Below are positions 37,250 to 51,065 of a DNA stretch of 64,000 nt, piece after piece. The stretch lies in the NCBI RefSeq assembly GCF_001194135.2, contig NC_068981.1, positions 120,892,071-120,956,070 of the forward strand, in the 5' to 3' direction. How positions within the stretch are numbered: position 1 is the stretch's first letter; each line of letters starts with the position of its first letter. A program made the translations under genes and the position numbers. The DNA is from Octopus bimaculoides (taxonomy: Eukaryota). Under the pieces are notes generated by a model. That model saw only the letters and a list, made by a program, of their open reading frames with translations. It made no database searches and had not been told where the DNA came from.

Positions 37250-38000
37250 GGGAAACTCTCCAGACTGGAGGAGCTAGGGAATGAAGCTTATCCCAACATC
37301 TTCTATAGAAGTAATAGTAAAGGGCCAGCCTGGCAACATTCTGTTAGTAAAAGAACAGAGTTTCGAAAAGAGCTTGTCACCAACTTAACTATGTATTTAA
37401 TTCAAAAGTGGATTGTATATATTTGGAGGAACCTATCCAGCAGCTCACCATTTTTGGGTGGACTTGGCACTTATAGAGATTCAAAATGGACTTCAAGTGC
37501 TGGGATCTTTTGGAGGGGATTGCAGAATAAGCCCACCATTGTAGTTGTGCTGCCTCTTTGGCAGCAAATGTACTGTAGATGTCCCAACTCAAAACAGATG
37601 TGAATTAAATGCATACAGTGTAACTAAACAAGGAAACTCTTTCAAACAGTCCTATTTGGGGATGGTCAGAAATTTCATGATAGTGATGGCCTTAGAAGCA
37701 TTAAATGTAACAAGTGATTTGTCTTTTTATTACACAATTCCAGTTAAACTACTGGAAATATCTGCTGCTAGGTCCAAATGTGTGGCATTCTTTATATATA
37801 TTAATAAAGGAGCTTATTACTGTGTCAAGTAAATCAGACCCTGGAATATGCCTACATCGATTTCCATTCATGGACATCAATATTACACCATTTCTATGGC
37901 TTATTAACTTCAGGTACCTGAACAGGATTGCAAATAAATCATTTTGCCAGTCCATGACTTCTGGATGAGATTAGAGGTGAGCTATCTTGCCTGTCCAAGA
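37250..38000 (-). mobile_element. Decayed CR1/Jockey-type LINE fragment, inverted relative to the 36 kb copy
   Basis: LYKCQVHPKM resembles LYKAQVRPxME; 37757-37858 is the reverse complement of parts of 36255-36395. Confidence 0.6.
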
Positions 38001-38443
38001 CTTTCAAGTGTTCTAACACCCAGTGCTTTGAGAGAGTATTCTCTACCAAACAAGATCACAGCCTACGAGCAAATATGCTAGGCATATTCATTAAGTATAT
38101 GTGGTTGATAATGTTTATTACACTGGCTAATGACACACTGTTTGTGTCTAATTAGTGTTTTTGATGGGGAGGTCATCACTTCCATCTCTAGCCTTATGTG
38201 ATACACACAGTCTTGGGTTTATCATGTGTATCATGTAAGGCTAGAGATGGGAGCAATGACCTCCCTTGCAAATACTAATCAGACACAGACAGTGTGTCAT
38301 TAGCCAGCTGGAGGAGATGTCTTCCTGGGGCTAAAAACAACAGTAACATAGTCCTCTATGGGACTGCCACATTTAGTTGGCAAATGTATTTTATGATTTC
38401 GTACTGTTACTGTTTACCTCTCACTCAGAGATTTAATATCGCC

Positions 38444-38525
<82 letters not shown>

Positions 38526-38667
38526 NNNNNNNNNNNNNNNNNNNNNNNNNNNNNNNNNNNNNNNNNNNTATATATATTGCTGTTGTGTAATGCTAAGTCT
38601 TTTTGAGGTTGAGGGTTTCAATGATTTTTTTTTCTTCTGATATGTGTAACTCTTATTTCTCTTCCAG

Positions 38668-38995
38668 TGGCTGCTGCAAACACCCGTCATGAACATCAAT
38701 CCAGAAGTCGGAGCCCCTCTTCACAGCAGCGACACCATCATCATCAACAGCAACAACAACACCAGCACCATCATCATCGTCATCATCATCATCATCATCA
38801 TTATAGTCCGTCGGTGCCCTCTTTGGCACAGTTATGTCTTCAATACATTGCTGCACACTTCCTGAATCCGAAGGAGCACACTGTACCTTTACATGGCTTG
38901 TCAGAACAGCCAGCTCAAGCTCTTTTGGATTACTTACGAAAGGAAAAGCTCTTGAAGCCGCGAACATTTAGAATTTTACATGCATTTTTGCCTTG
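38668..38995 (+). CDS. Coding exon D (328 nt, phase 1-2): His/Gln tract plus BC-box/Cul2-box-like helix region
   Basis: Acceptor tttctcttccag, donor TG|gttagt. Reads (V)AAANTRHEHQSRSRSPSSQQRHHHHQQQQQHQHHHHRHHHHHHHYSPSVPSLAQLCLQYIAAHFLNPKEHTVPLHGLSEQPAQALLDYLRKEKLLKPRTFRILHAFLP. Confidence 0.9.
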
Positions 38996-39227
38996 GTTAG
39001 TCACTTTTATGCCTTCTTCACTTATTTTTTTCCTGATCCTGCTAACATAATTGCATTTTTAGAAAGTTTCATTGGCTGTGTGGTAAGTAGCTTGCTTACC
39101 AACCACATGGTTCTGGGTTCAGTCCCACTGCGTAGCACCTTGGGCAAGTGTCTTCTACTATAGCCTCGGGCTGACCAAAGCCTTGTGAGTGGATTTGGTA
39201 GACGGAAACTGAAAGAAGCCCGTCGTA

Positions 39228-39288
<61 letters not shown>

Positions 39289-39677
39289 GTGTGTATATGT
39301 TTGTGTGTCTGTGTTTGTCCCCCCAACTTCGCTTGACAACCAATGCTGGTGTGTTTACGTCCCCGTAATATAGCGGTTCGGCAAAAAGAGACCGATAGAA
39401 TAAGTACTAGGCTTACAAAGAATAAGTCCTGGGGTCGATTTGCTCGACCTGAGGCGGTCCCCCAGCATGGCCACTGTCAAATGACTGAAACAAGTAAAAG
39501 AGTAAAAGAGTAAAGAGAGTACAGGCATGGCTATGTGGTTAAAAAGTTCACTTTGTAACCATGTGCATTCGGGTTCAGTCCCACTGCTTGGTACCTCGGG
39601 CAAATATTTTTCCTGATGAGTGAATTTAATAAACAGAAACTGTGGAAACTCATTGTGTAGTATGTATGTGTGTGTGT

Positions 39678-39733
<56 letters not shown>

Positions 39734-40264
39734 CTATCTCTCATTGTATGTACATGTGTATATGTGCGTGTGTATTCTTTTATTCTTTTATATGTTTCAG
39801 CCCTGAGGCTGCGGCCATGCTGGGGCACCATATATATATTTTATCTTTTACTTATTTTAGTCATTTGACTGCAGCCATCCTGGGACACAGCCTTGAAGGG
39901 TTTTTATTTGAACAACTTGAGCCCAGGACTTGTTTTTTTTTAAGCATGCTACTTATTCTATCAGTTTTTTTTGTTGAACTGCTAAGTTACAGGGATGTAA
40001 GCACACCAACACTAGTTGTCAAATGGTGCTGTGGAACAAACACAGGCACAAAAGCACACACACATAGATATATATATGATGAGCTTCTTTCAGTTTATGT
40101 CTACCAAATCCACTCACAATGCTTTGGTTGGCCTGAGGCTATAATAGAAGTCACTTGCCTAAGGTGCCATACAGTATATATATCTATATATATAAAACAG
40201 AACATAAGCATACAGGCATATCAAATCAGATTCTAACATATTTAATCTAATGCAAGAAAAACAA

Positions 40265-40680
40265 GTACATCATCAACATCATCGTTTAATGTATGCTTTC
40301 CATGCTGGCTTGGGTTGGAGGGTTTGATGTGGAGCAACAGAGAGCTGTCCAAACCCCAGCTGTCTGTTGAGACATGGTTTCTATGGCTGGATGCTCTTCC
40401 TAACACCAACCACCTTACAGAGTGTGTTAGGTGCATTTTATGTGCCACTGGAATGGGTCTATTTATGTAGCACCAGCATGGGTGCATTAATGCACCACTG
40501 GCATGGTTGCTTTTAAGTGGTACCAGCACCTGAAAGGACAAACCTGTTTGTGTGGAAGACAGCGAGTTTACTTAGCTTGACATGTCTTATCAAGTACAGC
40601 AAATCACCGCATCTCCTGGTCCCTTGTCATTTCCTCAGTAAAGACCAGCATCTGAAGATCCCTTCTCACCACTTTGTCCC
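40265..40680 (-). mobile_element. 5'-truncated RTE LINE 3' end
   Basis: Tail catcatcgtttaatg; ORF end cccttgtcatttcctc...aagatcccttctcaccac. Confidence 0.8.
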
Positions 40681-41103
40681 GTATTGAACCTGGAACCATG
40701 TGGATGGGAGGTAAACTTCTTACCACAAGGCCACACTTGCATCTATGTGTGTGTGTTTGTGTGTACTGACATAAGTTGGACAGTTTGACAGGAGGCAGCT
40801 AGTTAAAAAATCTGCTCCAGACTACTGTCTTTTTGGGGAAGGTATCTGCAGCTGGTTGCCCATCCTAACATCAACCACCCTACATAGTATACTGGGTGCT
40901 TTTTACATGACACCAACAGCTGTGAGGTCACTAATTAATATACAAGATAAGGCCCTACCCCCCACTCAACCAAATGAAGGGTAGTATTGAGGGATGTGGT
41001 TTTTTGTCAGGTGATGAGAGGTGAGAATATGAACAGTGGGAGAAAAATAAGAGTCTTGCAGTGGAAGAGCTAAATGGAAATAGGTATCTTACAGTAGAGG
41101 TGA

Positions 41104-41152
<49 letters not shown>

Positions 41153-41251
41153 GTGTATGTATATATATTTGTGTGTTTGAGGTGTCTGCACTGTGTGTCC
41201 TTGACTTAACATCATGTGACGGGTGTTAATTGGTGTCACTATCATCAAAGC

Positions 41252-41592
41252 CAGTGGTTCTTAACAATTCTTTACTTATGGATCCACTTTGATTAGTATT
41301 TTATTTTGGTGGATCCCCATAACCATTCAATGTTTAAAAACTAATTTTATAGATACTCTTTTCAAAATTCCTATTTTGTTTTTCCCCCTTAACTTATGCA
41401 GGTTGAACTTTGTGAAACGTTACAGAAAAACACTGAGCTGCTTCTTGCGATAAATACATCTAATATCAAATCTATTTCATGGGCCCTTAATAGTCTACTG
41501 TGGGTCCCCAGTTTACTATTTTGCTTGTGTGGACTCCACAAAATTTTATATGGACCCTCAGGGGTCATATGGACCCCAACTGAGAACCACTG
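41252..41592. mobile_element. hAT (Charlie-like) MITE, copy 2, with perfect 8-bp TSD
   Basis: atcaaagc-CAGTGGTTCT...AGAACCACTG-atcaaagc. Confidence 0.92.
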
Positions 41593-41937
41593 ATCAAAGC
41601 GGTATTATATGTTTCCAGTTTTCTGTGGAAACACATCTGGTCAGTCATGGAAAAATAAAACTTTGCATGGAAATGAGTGAAGGTTGAAGACAGGAAGAGC
41701 ATCAGGTCGTAGAAAATCTGCCACAATGAATTCTGACTGAACCATTTAAGTATAGTAAAGTGGGCATTAAAATGACTATGTTGATGATAATGGTGATGTT
41801 ATTGATGTACATATATTTCAAACGAAAGTACTAATCAACGTTTTAGTTTCACGTGTGGTTTTTGAAATTCCTCCATTTATCATAAATGTATATCTTCTTT
41901 TAAAATTTCTCCTCCTTTTCTTTCATCTCTTTTGCAG

Positions 41938-42003
41938 TCAACTGCAGAAATTGTGTTTTGACTCCTATGCATATGTCACTAATGAATTATTATATGAAAT
42001 AAG
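41938..42003 (+). CDS. Coding exon E (66 nt, phase 2-2), first LRR-like unit
   Basis: Long polypyrimidine tract ending tttgcag, donor AG|gtatgt. Reads (C)QLQKLCFDSYAYVTNELLYEI. Confidence 0.9.
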
Positions 42004-42889
42004 GTATGTGTCTCTTGATTACACTTGTTTCATCTCATCAGTCTGATCAGTGTCTTATCAAATTGCTTGCTTGCTTATTAGTTTTGTACTTTTATCATCA
42101 CCACCACCACCACTGCTGCTGCCGCTGCCAACAACAACAACAACAACAACAACAACCATCATCACAACTACTACAGCCATTATCTTCACTGATACATCTG
42201 TTGCTATCATCATCATCATCTTATTCAATAATAGCATTCCACCAACAAATAAATAAATGAACAGCATGGGAATGTCTAATTAGAAACAAAAGCTAAATGT
42301 TCTTGCAATATCTGCCATCTGTCTGAAAAATGAAGGATACACTGGATAATTAATGTAATTTGGTAAAAGTGAACATAGGTTAGAAAAGATAAATTCTGGC
42401 AGACATAGAGAGAAAGGTAAAGGTATCAGCCTAACAAGGGAGCTTCTGTAGGGTCACAATGCTAGTAATAGCAACCAGTTTTACCCTGTATCATACCATA
42501 CCATTTTAAGAGATAAAAAAAAAAAAAAGCATAAATTGAATAATATCATCTTAGATACACTGTAAAGGAGAAAATATGAGATGTTCATGGCTGGAATGCT
42601 TTTGATCATTAGTCTTCTCATTTAAGGTTTGACTAAGACTAAATGACACCACCACTACCACCAAAGGCAGCAACAACAACAAAAGCAACAACACAAGTTC
42701 TTGCAATGTGGGAGCTTCCATATGATCACTTATCTGATAGAAGTAGCTTCCCAGTATCCCTTAACTCATACTCTGCTTGGGAATAGTCATATTTTGCCAT
42801 TTAAACACATGCACTATATGTTTGGTTTTTACTTGAGCCTCCCCCTCCTCCTCCTCCTCCTCCTCATCATCATCATCAACAATAACAAG

Positions 42890-43345
42890 GTGGCAAGCTG
42901 GCAAAATTGTTGGCATGCTGGATGAAAATGCTTAGCAGTATTTTGCCTGTCGCTACGTTCTGGGTTCAAATTCCGCTGAGGTTGACTTTGCCTTTCATCC
43001 TTTCGGGGTCGCTAAAATAAGTACCAGTTGAACATTGGGGTTGATGTGTTCGACTCTTCCCCACCTCCCCCAAGCTGCCCTTGTGGCAAAAAACAAAAAA
43101 AATATTGAAATAATTATCATTAAGGTGGTGATTTAGCAGAATCATTAGTATGCTAGGTGAAATGCTTAGTGGTATTTCATCTGTCTTCACATTCTGAGTT
43201 CAAAGTCTGCCAAAGTCGACTTCACCTTTCATCCTTTCGGAGTCATTAAATTAAATACTAGTGAAACAAAAACACTAGGGTTGATGTCATCGATTAGTCC
43301 TCTTCCCACAAATTTCAGGCCTTATACCTATAGTAGAAAGGATTA
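42890..43345 (+). mobile_element. Two tandem Nin/Deu-like SINEs (further copies at 46210-46420(-), 47240-47460(-), 49845-50060(+))
   Basis: Head ggcaagctggcaaaattgttggca..gttcaaattcc; core gcctttcatcctttcggggtc. Confidence 0.85.
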
Positions 43346-43916
43346 TTGTTGTTATTATTATTATAGGTGCAGGAGTGGCTGTGTGGTAATTTGCTTACTT
43401 ACCAACCACATGGTTCCGTGGTCATTCCCACTGCATGGCACCTTGGGCAAGTGTCTTCTACTATAGCCTCGGGCCGACCCAAGCCTTGTGAGTGGATTTG
43501 GTAGATGGAAACTGAAAGAATCCCGTTGTATATATATATATATATGTATATATGTATATATANNNNNNNNNNNNNNNNNNNNNNNNNNNNNNNNNNNNNN
43601 NNNNNNNNNNNNNNNNNNNNNNNNNNNNNNNNNNNNNNNNNNNNNNNNNNNNNNNNNNNNNNNNNNNNNNNNNNNNNNNNNNNNNNNNNNNNNNNNNNNN
43701 NNNNNNNNNNNNNNNNNNNNNNNNNNNNNNNNNNNNNNNNNNNNNNNNNNNNNNNNNNNNNNNNNNNNNNNNNNNNNNNNNNNNNNNNNNNNNNNNNNNN
43801 NNNNNNNTAGGCTTCCAAAGAATAAGTCCTGGGGTCGATTTGCACGGCTAAAGGCTGTGCTCCAGCATGGCCGCAATCAAATGACTGAAACAAGTAAAAG
43901 AGTATTATCATTACTA

Positions 43917-43995
<79 letters not shown>

Positions 43996-44579
43996 CTTTG
44001 TTTCTTTGTCAAAGCTCTTTCATCACACATCCTGTGAGCTTTTCAACGACTTTTTATCTTCAGTGACTCTTTAAGCAGAGCAAGAGGAGACACATGGGAT
44101 AAAAGGTCACTGAAGATGTCACAGGATGTGTGACGAAAGAGTTTGGACAAAATTCGCTAAAATACGAATAATAATAATAAAGCTGAAGTGAAGACCAAAT
44201 ATATAGTACATGTGTCTAATTGGCAGAATGTGACCATTCCCAAGTATAATAATATTTGTTTCAACACATGATTTCACATGAAGAATCTTGCAAAACAAAT
44301 ACATATTCTGCTCCCTTAAGAAAAGGATACCATGCATACTCACTAATTCAACATGGGAATCTATAAGTGGTCAGTTGAGCTTTGAAAAGTAGTAGCTGAA
44401 TCTCCATCAGCTCACATACTACTTTCTTAAAAAAAGAGGGACGCTTTAGATAGGACTCCTTAGTCCTAGGGTACCCTGTCTAAAAAGGAAAAGACCAGTT
44501 TGGTCAGTCATTACTGGAAGCACCTGTAATCATAGGCTTGCTTGATTAGTAAGACCAAGGGCTAAAATAAGTCAACAAT

Positions 44580-45600
44580 GACATCACACTGCAATGTGGG
44601 TGTGGTTATCATCAATATCTTGTTTCTTCTTCATCATCATCATCATCACGGCCATTATCAGTGTCATCATTGTTACCAGTTAGTCATTGTCGTTATCACC
44701 ACCACTGACCCAACATTTTCATTTATCACCCTTGCCTTTACATTTATCACCACCACAATGACCACCACCACCACCACCACCACTGTTAGCATTTATTATT
44801 CACCAAAGTCACCATCACAGCCACTGCCAACCTCATCACTCCCACAACTACCACCTCATCTAGCTCCATATCAGCAGCAGCGGCACCACCACCACCACCA
44901 TCATCATGCCCATCATTACCATCACAACTACTAACATATGCATTATTCACCATTACCATTACAACTGTAAGTCTATTACTGTCTCTATNNNNNNNNNNGG
45001 GGGGGGGGGGTCCTTTTTTTTTTTATCTCTGCTTGTCTGTCAATTTCTGCTTTTTCAAAGAATATTGAACAGAAACAGATAAAAGAAAAAGGAAACAATT
45101 AATAATCTTGATAATAATAATAATAATGATGATTATAATAATAATAACAATTGTCTTCTGCCAACAGTCATGATGGCTAAAATAAATTGAACAACTAATT
45201 GGAATAACCTGATGTAATAGAGTGAAGTAAAATAACATACTTACACACATAACCATGCAGACATTAACACAAAGGCACAGATGGGCACATACACAGATTC
45301 ACGCATACACACACACACACACACACAACACATATTTTTACACATACACACACATACATGTAATACACATATACAGATACACATGCATGCACATAACATA
45401 TTTTTACAGATCCATACATACACACACACAGACAGACAGATGTATACAAATACAAGTGCAGCCACACTCAAATGCACAAGAACACTCACACACATGTAGA
45501 CAAATTTTACACACACACTCATGACCTGGCAGTTCTTAACCCTGGCATCTGTCACTTTTCTCTCTGCTTCTTTTTCACATACACATACACACACAAGCTA
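44580..45600. repeat. Low-complexity (CAT/CAC)n and (CA)n-rich tracts
   Basis: Direct inspection; no splice-flanked frame fits the gene. Confidence 0.8.
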
Positions 45601-45914
45601 TTAACAAAAATGTTACATGATTGCTCAATCAGCTAGAAGTAGCTGCCAAATATTCCTCAAATGACACACCACTATCTAAAAGATAAAAAGGAAGGATACA
45701 TTAAATAATATACTCCCTGATATACAGATTATTTGGTCACATCTGGAAACCAGAACACCTTTAACCACAGATCTACCTTATCAGATCTAACCTGGGTGTT
45801 TAAAATCAACAACACACAGATACATGGACATATAGGCAAAGTCACAAAGATACATATAATGTGATGAAGGGAATAGAAAACGCGCATACATATAAATACA
45901 CATTTCTGATTGTA

Positions 45915-46142
45915 TTGGGTTGTCTGGAAAGTTCATGCCGATTTTTAAAGGAAAGAAAAAGGTCAATAAATACTTGCCATTACATTTTTAATCAACCAAA
46001 TATGAACCATTTTGTTGCATAATGCGTCTCCATCTTTCCTTTAACTTGAAAATACCCTCTTCCCAGAATTGAGGTAGTTTCATGGCAAATAAGTTGAAAA
46101 GTAAGCTACTATAAATTGGCATGAACTTTCCAGACAACCCAA
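45915..46142 (-). mobile_element. mariner MITE (internally deleted) with perfect TIRs and TA TSD
   Basis: TA-ttgggttgtctggaaagttcatgcc ... ggcatgaactttccagacaacccaa-TA; minus strand retains transposase C-terminus PQFWEEGIFKLKERWRRIMQQNGSYLVD*. Confidence 0.93.
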
Positions 46143-46618
46143 TACATTTAGATGACAAAGCTGTAAAATTTTATGCTTAATCAATGCATGTTGTCCAAAT
46201 AATAATCCTTTTTACTATAGGCACCAGGTATAAAATTGGGAGAGAGGGGTTTAAACAATTGCATTGACTCCAATGCTCAACTGGTACTTATTTAATGACC
46301 TGAAAGGATAAAAGGCAAAATTGACTTCAGCAGGATTTGAACTCAGAACGTAAAGACAAATGAAATGTTTCCAAGTATTTTGTCCAGCGCACTAATAATT
46401 CTGTTAGCTTCTCACCTTAAGAATAAAAATGATAATACTCCTTTCTGTAATAGGCACAAGCTGAACTTTGGGGTGGGAAGCGCTTATTTTTATCAACCCC
46501 AAAAGGATGAAAGTTAAATTTGACCTCAGTGTAATTTGAACTTGCAACGTAAAGCCAGAAGAAATGCAACTAAGTGCTTTTTCTGGACTTCTAATGATTC
46601 TGCTAACTCACTGTCTTA

Positions 46619-46663
<45 letters not shown>

Positions 46664-46666
<3 letters not shown>

Positions 46667-47228
46667 CCCGAATGCAGTACCAGGCAGTGGCAATGCCCGG
46701 ATGCAGTACCAGGCAGTGGCTCTCATGGCTCCTGATCTTAATTGATTGAAAGTGTTACCATGTACATTGTTTTGTCTTGGTATAAAAGATGAGCTACAGC
46801 AAGTATTCTGCTTAATACCACAGATTTGCTTGTCAGTTGTTTGACCTTAACCAGTTGAGCGTGTCCCTTGGTGGCTGATGATATGTGCATCTCTGATCAT
46901 GAGCAGAAGTAGTGGGAGAGCATCATAGCCATGTGTTGAGAGGAATTCTTTGGGGTTTAAATAATTCACTTTTGGAAATATGGGTATTTTGCTCAACATC
47001 CTTAAACAAACCTTATTCAGGGACCTTTTGAGTGGGATGGACTACTCGACCTGAAAAAAATTCTAACTGGGCCCCACCTGCAAGTTAATGTGCTGTTTAT
47101 CTTGATATGAGATCACTATGTTGCACACATATGGTTGTGATGCATGTGCCTGGTGTACCCTTATCAGATGGGTAGTCATGATGGGTATAATGGGCTTTGT
47201 ATATTTTACCCCAGTGTCACTTTGATGG
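46664..47228 (+). mobile_element. Unclassified ~570-bp AAT-flanked interspersed repeat (also 47533-47841 deleted form, 59826-60381 minus)
   Basis: Three copies share the same 5' start (atgccc.gatgcagtaccaggcagtgg); two end ctctctcactcaataat; no ORF. Confidence 0.8.
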
Positions 47229-48959
47229 AAAAAAAAAAAAATAATAATAATGGTTTCAAATTTTGGTGCAAGGCCTGCAATTTCGAAGAGGAGGTAAGTC
47301 AATTACAATGCCCTCCCCACCCCATCATGCACAACTGGTACTTATTTTATCAACCTTGAAAGGATGAAAGGCAAAGTCAACCTCAGTAGAGTTTGAACTC
47401 AGAACATAGGGACAGACGAAATGCTTCTGAACAGTTCACCTGCTGTGCAAATGATTCTGCCAACTCAATAACAATATTATTATTAATGATAATAATAATA
47501 ATCATAAAAATAATAATAATAATGATGATGATATGCCCTGATGCAGTACCAGGCAGTGGCTCTCATGGCTTCTGATCTTAATTGATTGAAAGTGTTACCA
47601 TGTACGTTTTGTATTGGTATAAAAGATGGGCTACAACAAATATTCTGCTTAATACCACAGATTTGCTTGTCACTTGTCATGCAGTGTTTATCTTGATATG
47701 AGATCAGCATGTCGCGCACATATGGTTGTGATGCATGTGCCTGGTGTACCCTTATCAGACAGGTAGTCACGATGGGTATAATGGGCTTCGTATATTTTAC
47801 CCCAGTGTCACTTTGATGGCATGCACTGCTCTCTCACTCAATAATAATAACAATAATAGAAAAAATATAATAATAATTGCAATGTTTTTTTTTATTTGCC
47901 ACTAGGCCGACTGATGATGGGGTCAATACAACTAACATGTGGGGATTTACATACAATGAAATGATATCTATATAAGTGGCTGTGTGATAAGAGATTTGCT
48001 TCCCAACTATATGGTTCTAGGTTCAGTCCCGTTGCATGGCATCTTGGGCAAATGTCTTTTACTATAGCATCAGGCTAATCAAACCTTGTGAGTGAATTTG
48101 ATAGACAGAAACTGAAAGAAGCCCATTGTGTGTATATATGTATGTGTATCTGTATGTGTATTTGTATGTGTCTTTGTATCTGATTTTGCCCTTCACCACC
48201 ACTTGACAACCAGTGTTGGCTTGTTTATGTACCCATAACTTAGCAGTTTGGCAAAAGTGATTGATAGAATAAGAAGTACCAGGCCTTAAAAAAAGTACTG
48301 GAGTTGATTCATTGGGCTAAAAAAAAATATTCTTCAATGCTATGCAACAACATGGCCACAGTCTATGAAACAAATGAAAGACAAAAGTATACATCAGTAA
48401 AAAAAGAAAAGAAAAAGAGTAATAACAATCTGATAATAGGGATAATCGTGAAACCTCACCACCCAAGATCTCACTGATCACCAAGGGCAAGTACCTTCTC
48501 CAATTCCTGTTCTCCAACTCAACTGGTCTATACTTAGAGCGGTACCATCCACTTTTGCCATTTCCACAACTTTCACCCACCTTTCAATATATTCAATGGA
48601 AACGTTGAGCTTGGAGTTATGGATTCTTACAGATAGCTATTAATCCATTGATTTATCAGAAATCTTAAGATGACTCTCATCAGAATTAATTTCAGCATAC
48701 TATTGCTAACACCATCACAGCAGCGTAATTCTTCTTCTTCTTCTTCTTCTTCTTCTTCTTCTTCTTCTTCTTCTTCTTCTTCTTCTTCTTCTTCTTCTTC
48801 TTCTTCTTCTTCTTCTNNNNNNNNNNNNNNCTTCTTCTTTTTCTTCTTCTTCTACTTCTTCTTTTTCTTCTTCTTCTTCTTCTTCTTCTTCTTCTTCTTC
48901 TTCTTCTTCTTCTCACTGTTATTATTATTATTATTATGATGATGTCAGTATTCATACTT

Positions 48960-50054
48960 TTTTTTATTGCAGTTTTTCACTGCAACATAGTTCACTTCTT
49001 ACCTTTGAGGCATGCATAAAGCTTTGTTTTGTATTTGTTTCTTTTTCATTCCTTTTTTTTTTTGTCTGTTGCACTGACAGTACTTTCTGCAATATTTGTG
49101 CTGTGCCTGGTGGTGTTATAACCTTCGTATTTATGTACGCAAAGTCTTGTTAGCAGGAGTTGGAGGGTGGTGGGGTTAGTTCTGTATTCATTTGTACCTG
49201 CACTAATTTTTTGATATATTGTTCCCAAGGCACTTGCTATTATAGAGATTGTGTCTGTGCTTTTTTCTTTTATTACTCCCTCCCCCGTTAATACCCTCAT
49301 TATCTCTATTTCCACATCTTTACATTTTAATAGTTTCTTAATTTATTTTATTGTTACATTGTCTGTTTGGGACTGTTACTTCGATTAAAAGTTGTTTTCA
49401 TTACTAGTGTTTAACAAAAATATGTGAAGGATTTGTCTTAAGCTACCTGTCTGTATGAATTGCCATGTCATAGAATATAGTCACATTATCAGCCGTTTTG
49501 ACAGACCTTTTTGTAACGTGTTTGTAACCATTTCTTTTCTGTTCTTATTTCTTAATACTGGCTAAATTTCCCATGTGAAGAAACTGTTTGTTATTATCAT
49601 TATTGTTTCACTTCTCAGAGCGCTCGGTTTTGTTTGCTTTGATTGATTTTGTGAGAGCGGACAGCAACCTGTTGTCAAAGGTCTCACGGGGTCCCTTTCT
49701 ACACATTATAAGCTTTGATAATTGGTTGTTAATTATCGTGGAAGACATTCAACACTCAAGCACCAATGTCAAAATCCTAGCTGTCCCCAGCAGAGCAGTT
49801 TATTATTATTATTATTATCATCATTATTATTATTGTTATTATGGCAGCAAGCTGGCAGAATCATTACCATGCTGAGCGAAGTGCTTAGCGGTATTTCACT
49901 TGTTGCTGTGTTCTGAGCTCAAATTCTGCTGAGCTTGACTTTGCCTTTCATCCTTTTGGGTTTGATAAATTAAGTGCCAGTAGAGTACTGTGGTCGATGT
50001 GATCAACTGTCTCCCTCCCCACAAAATCCAGGCCTTGTGCCTATAATAGAAAGG

Positions 50055-50094
<40 letters not shown>

Positions 50095-50585
50095 GGTAGT
50101 TTTTTTTTTTTATAATGTGCTTTCACTTCACTACCGAGCGCAGCTCTGTGTGCCTTGAGTATGTGCTGTGGTTTGCTGTGATGCTCTTATGGTTACTGTA
50201 TTGAAAGTGTTTTGCACAGGATGTGTGCAGTGCCCAGTAGTGCAATTTTCTGTATGTTATATATATTTGTAAGTCCTGGTGTTTTTGTTATGTATTTGTC
50301 TGAATATTTTTTTAATTATACCTAAGGCACCTACTATGATAGGAATTGTTTCTGTTTTTAGATTCCACATTCGAGTTACCTCTATTTCCAGGTCTTTGTA
50401 TTTTGAAAGTTTTTCCATTTCTTTTAGGGAAACGTTGTCATCTGCTGGTATTGATACATCAATTANNNNNNNNNNGAAACGTTGTCATCTGCTGGTATTG
50501 ATACATCAATTAGAAAGCATTTTTTTTTCTTTATGATCTTTGACAACTATATCTGGTCTATTTGCCTTAATTTCTCTATCTGTGT

Positions 50586-50640
<55 letters not shown>

Positions 50641-51065
50641 TCTGTAGTTTTATTTTCAATACTTGCTTTCACTGCACTACCAAGAACATCTTTGTGTGTC
50701 TTGGGTATATGTAGTAATTTGTTTGGCATTATTTTTATTGTATTGAAATTAGGTTGTATGCAATGTCTAGAAGTGCCATTTTCTTTATGGACTTGTCTGT
50801 ATATTTTTGACCAAAGCTGAAATGTTTATTACTATAGGGAAATTATTTCTGTCTTCAGGTTCCACATTTGGGTTATCTCTTTTTCTAGGTCTTTATTTTT
50901 TTGAGAGTTTCTCCATTTCTTTTAGAGATACATTGTCATCTGTTGGGTCTAATATGTCATTTTTTTTCTTGGTGTTCCTTGACAACAATATCTGGATGAT
51001 TAGTTTTGTTCTCTCTATCGGAGTGTATTGGCATATTCCAGAATATGGTTACCTTGTTATTTTCT
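48960..51065 (-). mobile_element. Stack of R4/Dong-type (RLE endonuclease) LINE 3' fragments in (TAT)n tracts
   Basis: Minus frames read HTDREIKANRPDIVVKDHKEKKCFLIDVSIPADDNVSLKEMEKLSKYKDLEIEVTRMWNLKTETIPIIVGALGII..IQKIALLGTAHIL (poly-A frameshifts). Older copies at 48960-49320, 49490-49800 and 50655-51065. Confidence 0.85.

Noticed and set aside
49620-49680. cttctcag|...aag|gt exon candidate in intron E-F
   Set aside because: Lies antisense in an R4/Dong 3' remnant; exons E and F already join in frame with intact LRR register.
50466-50500. Direct duplication of gaaacgttgtcatctgctggtattgatacatcaatta across a 10-N gap
   Set aside because: Most likely an unmerged contig overlap.
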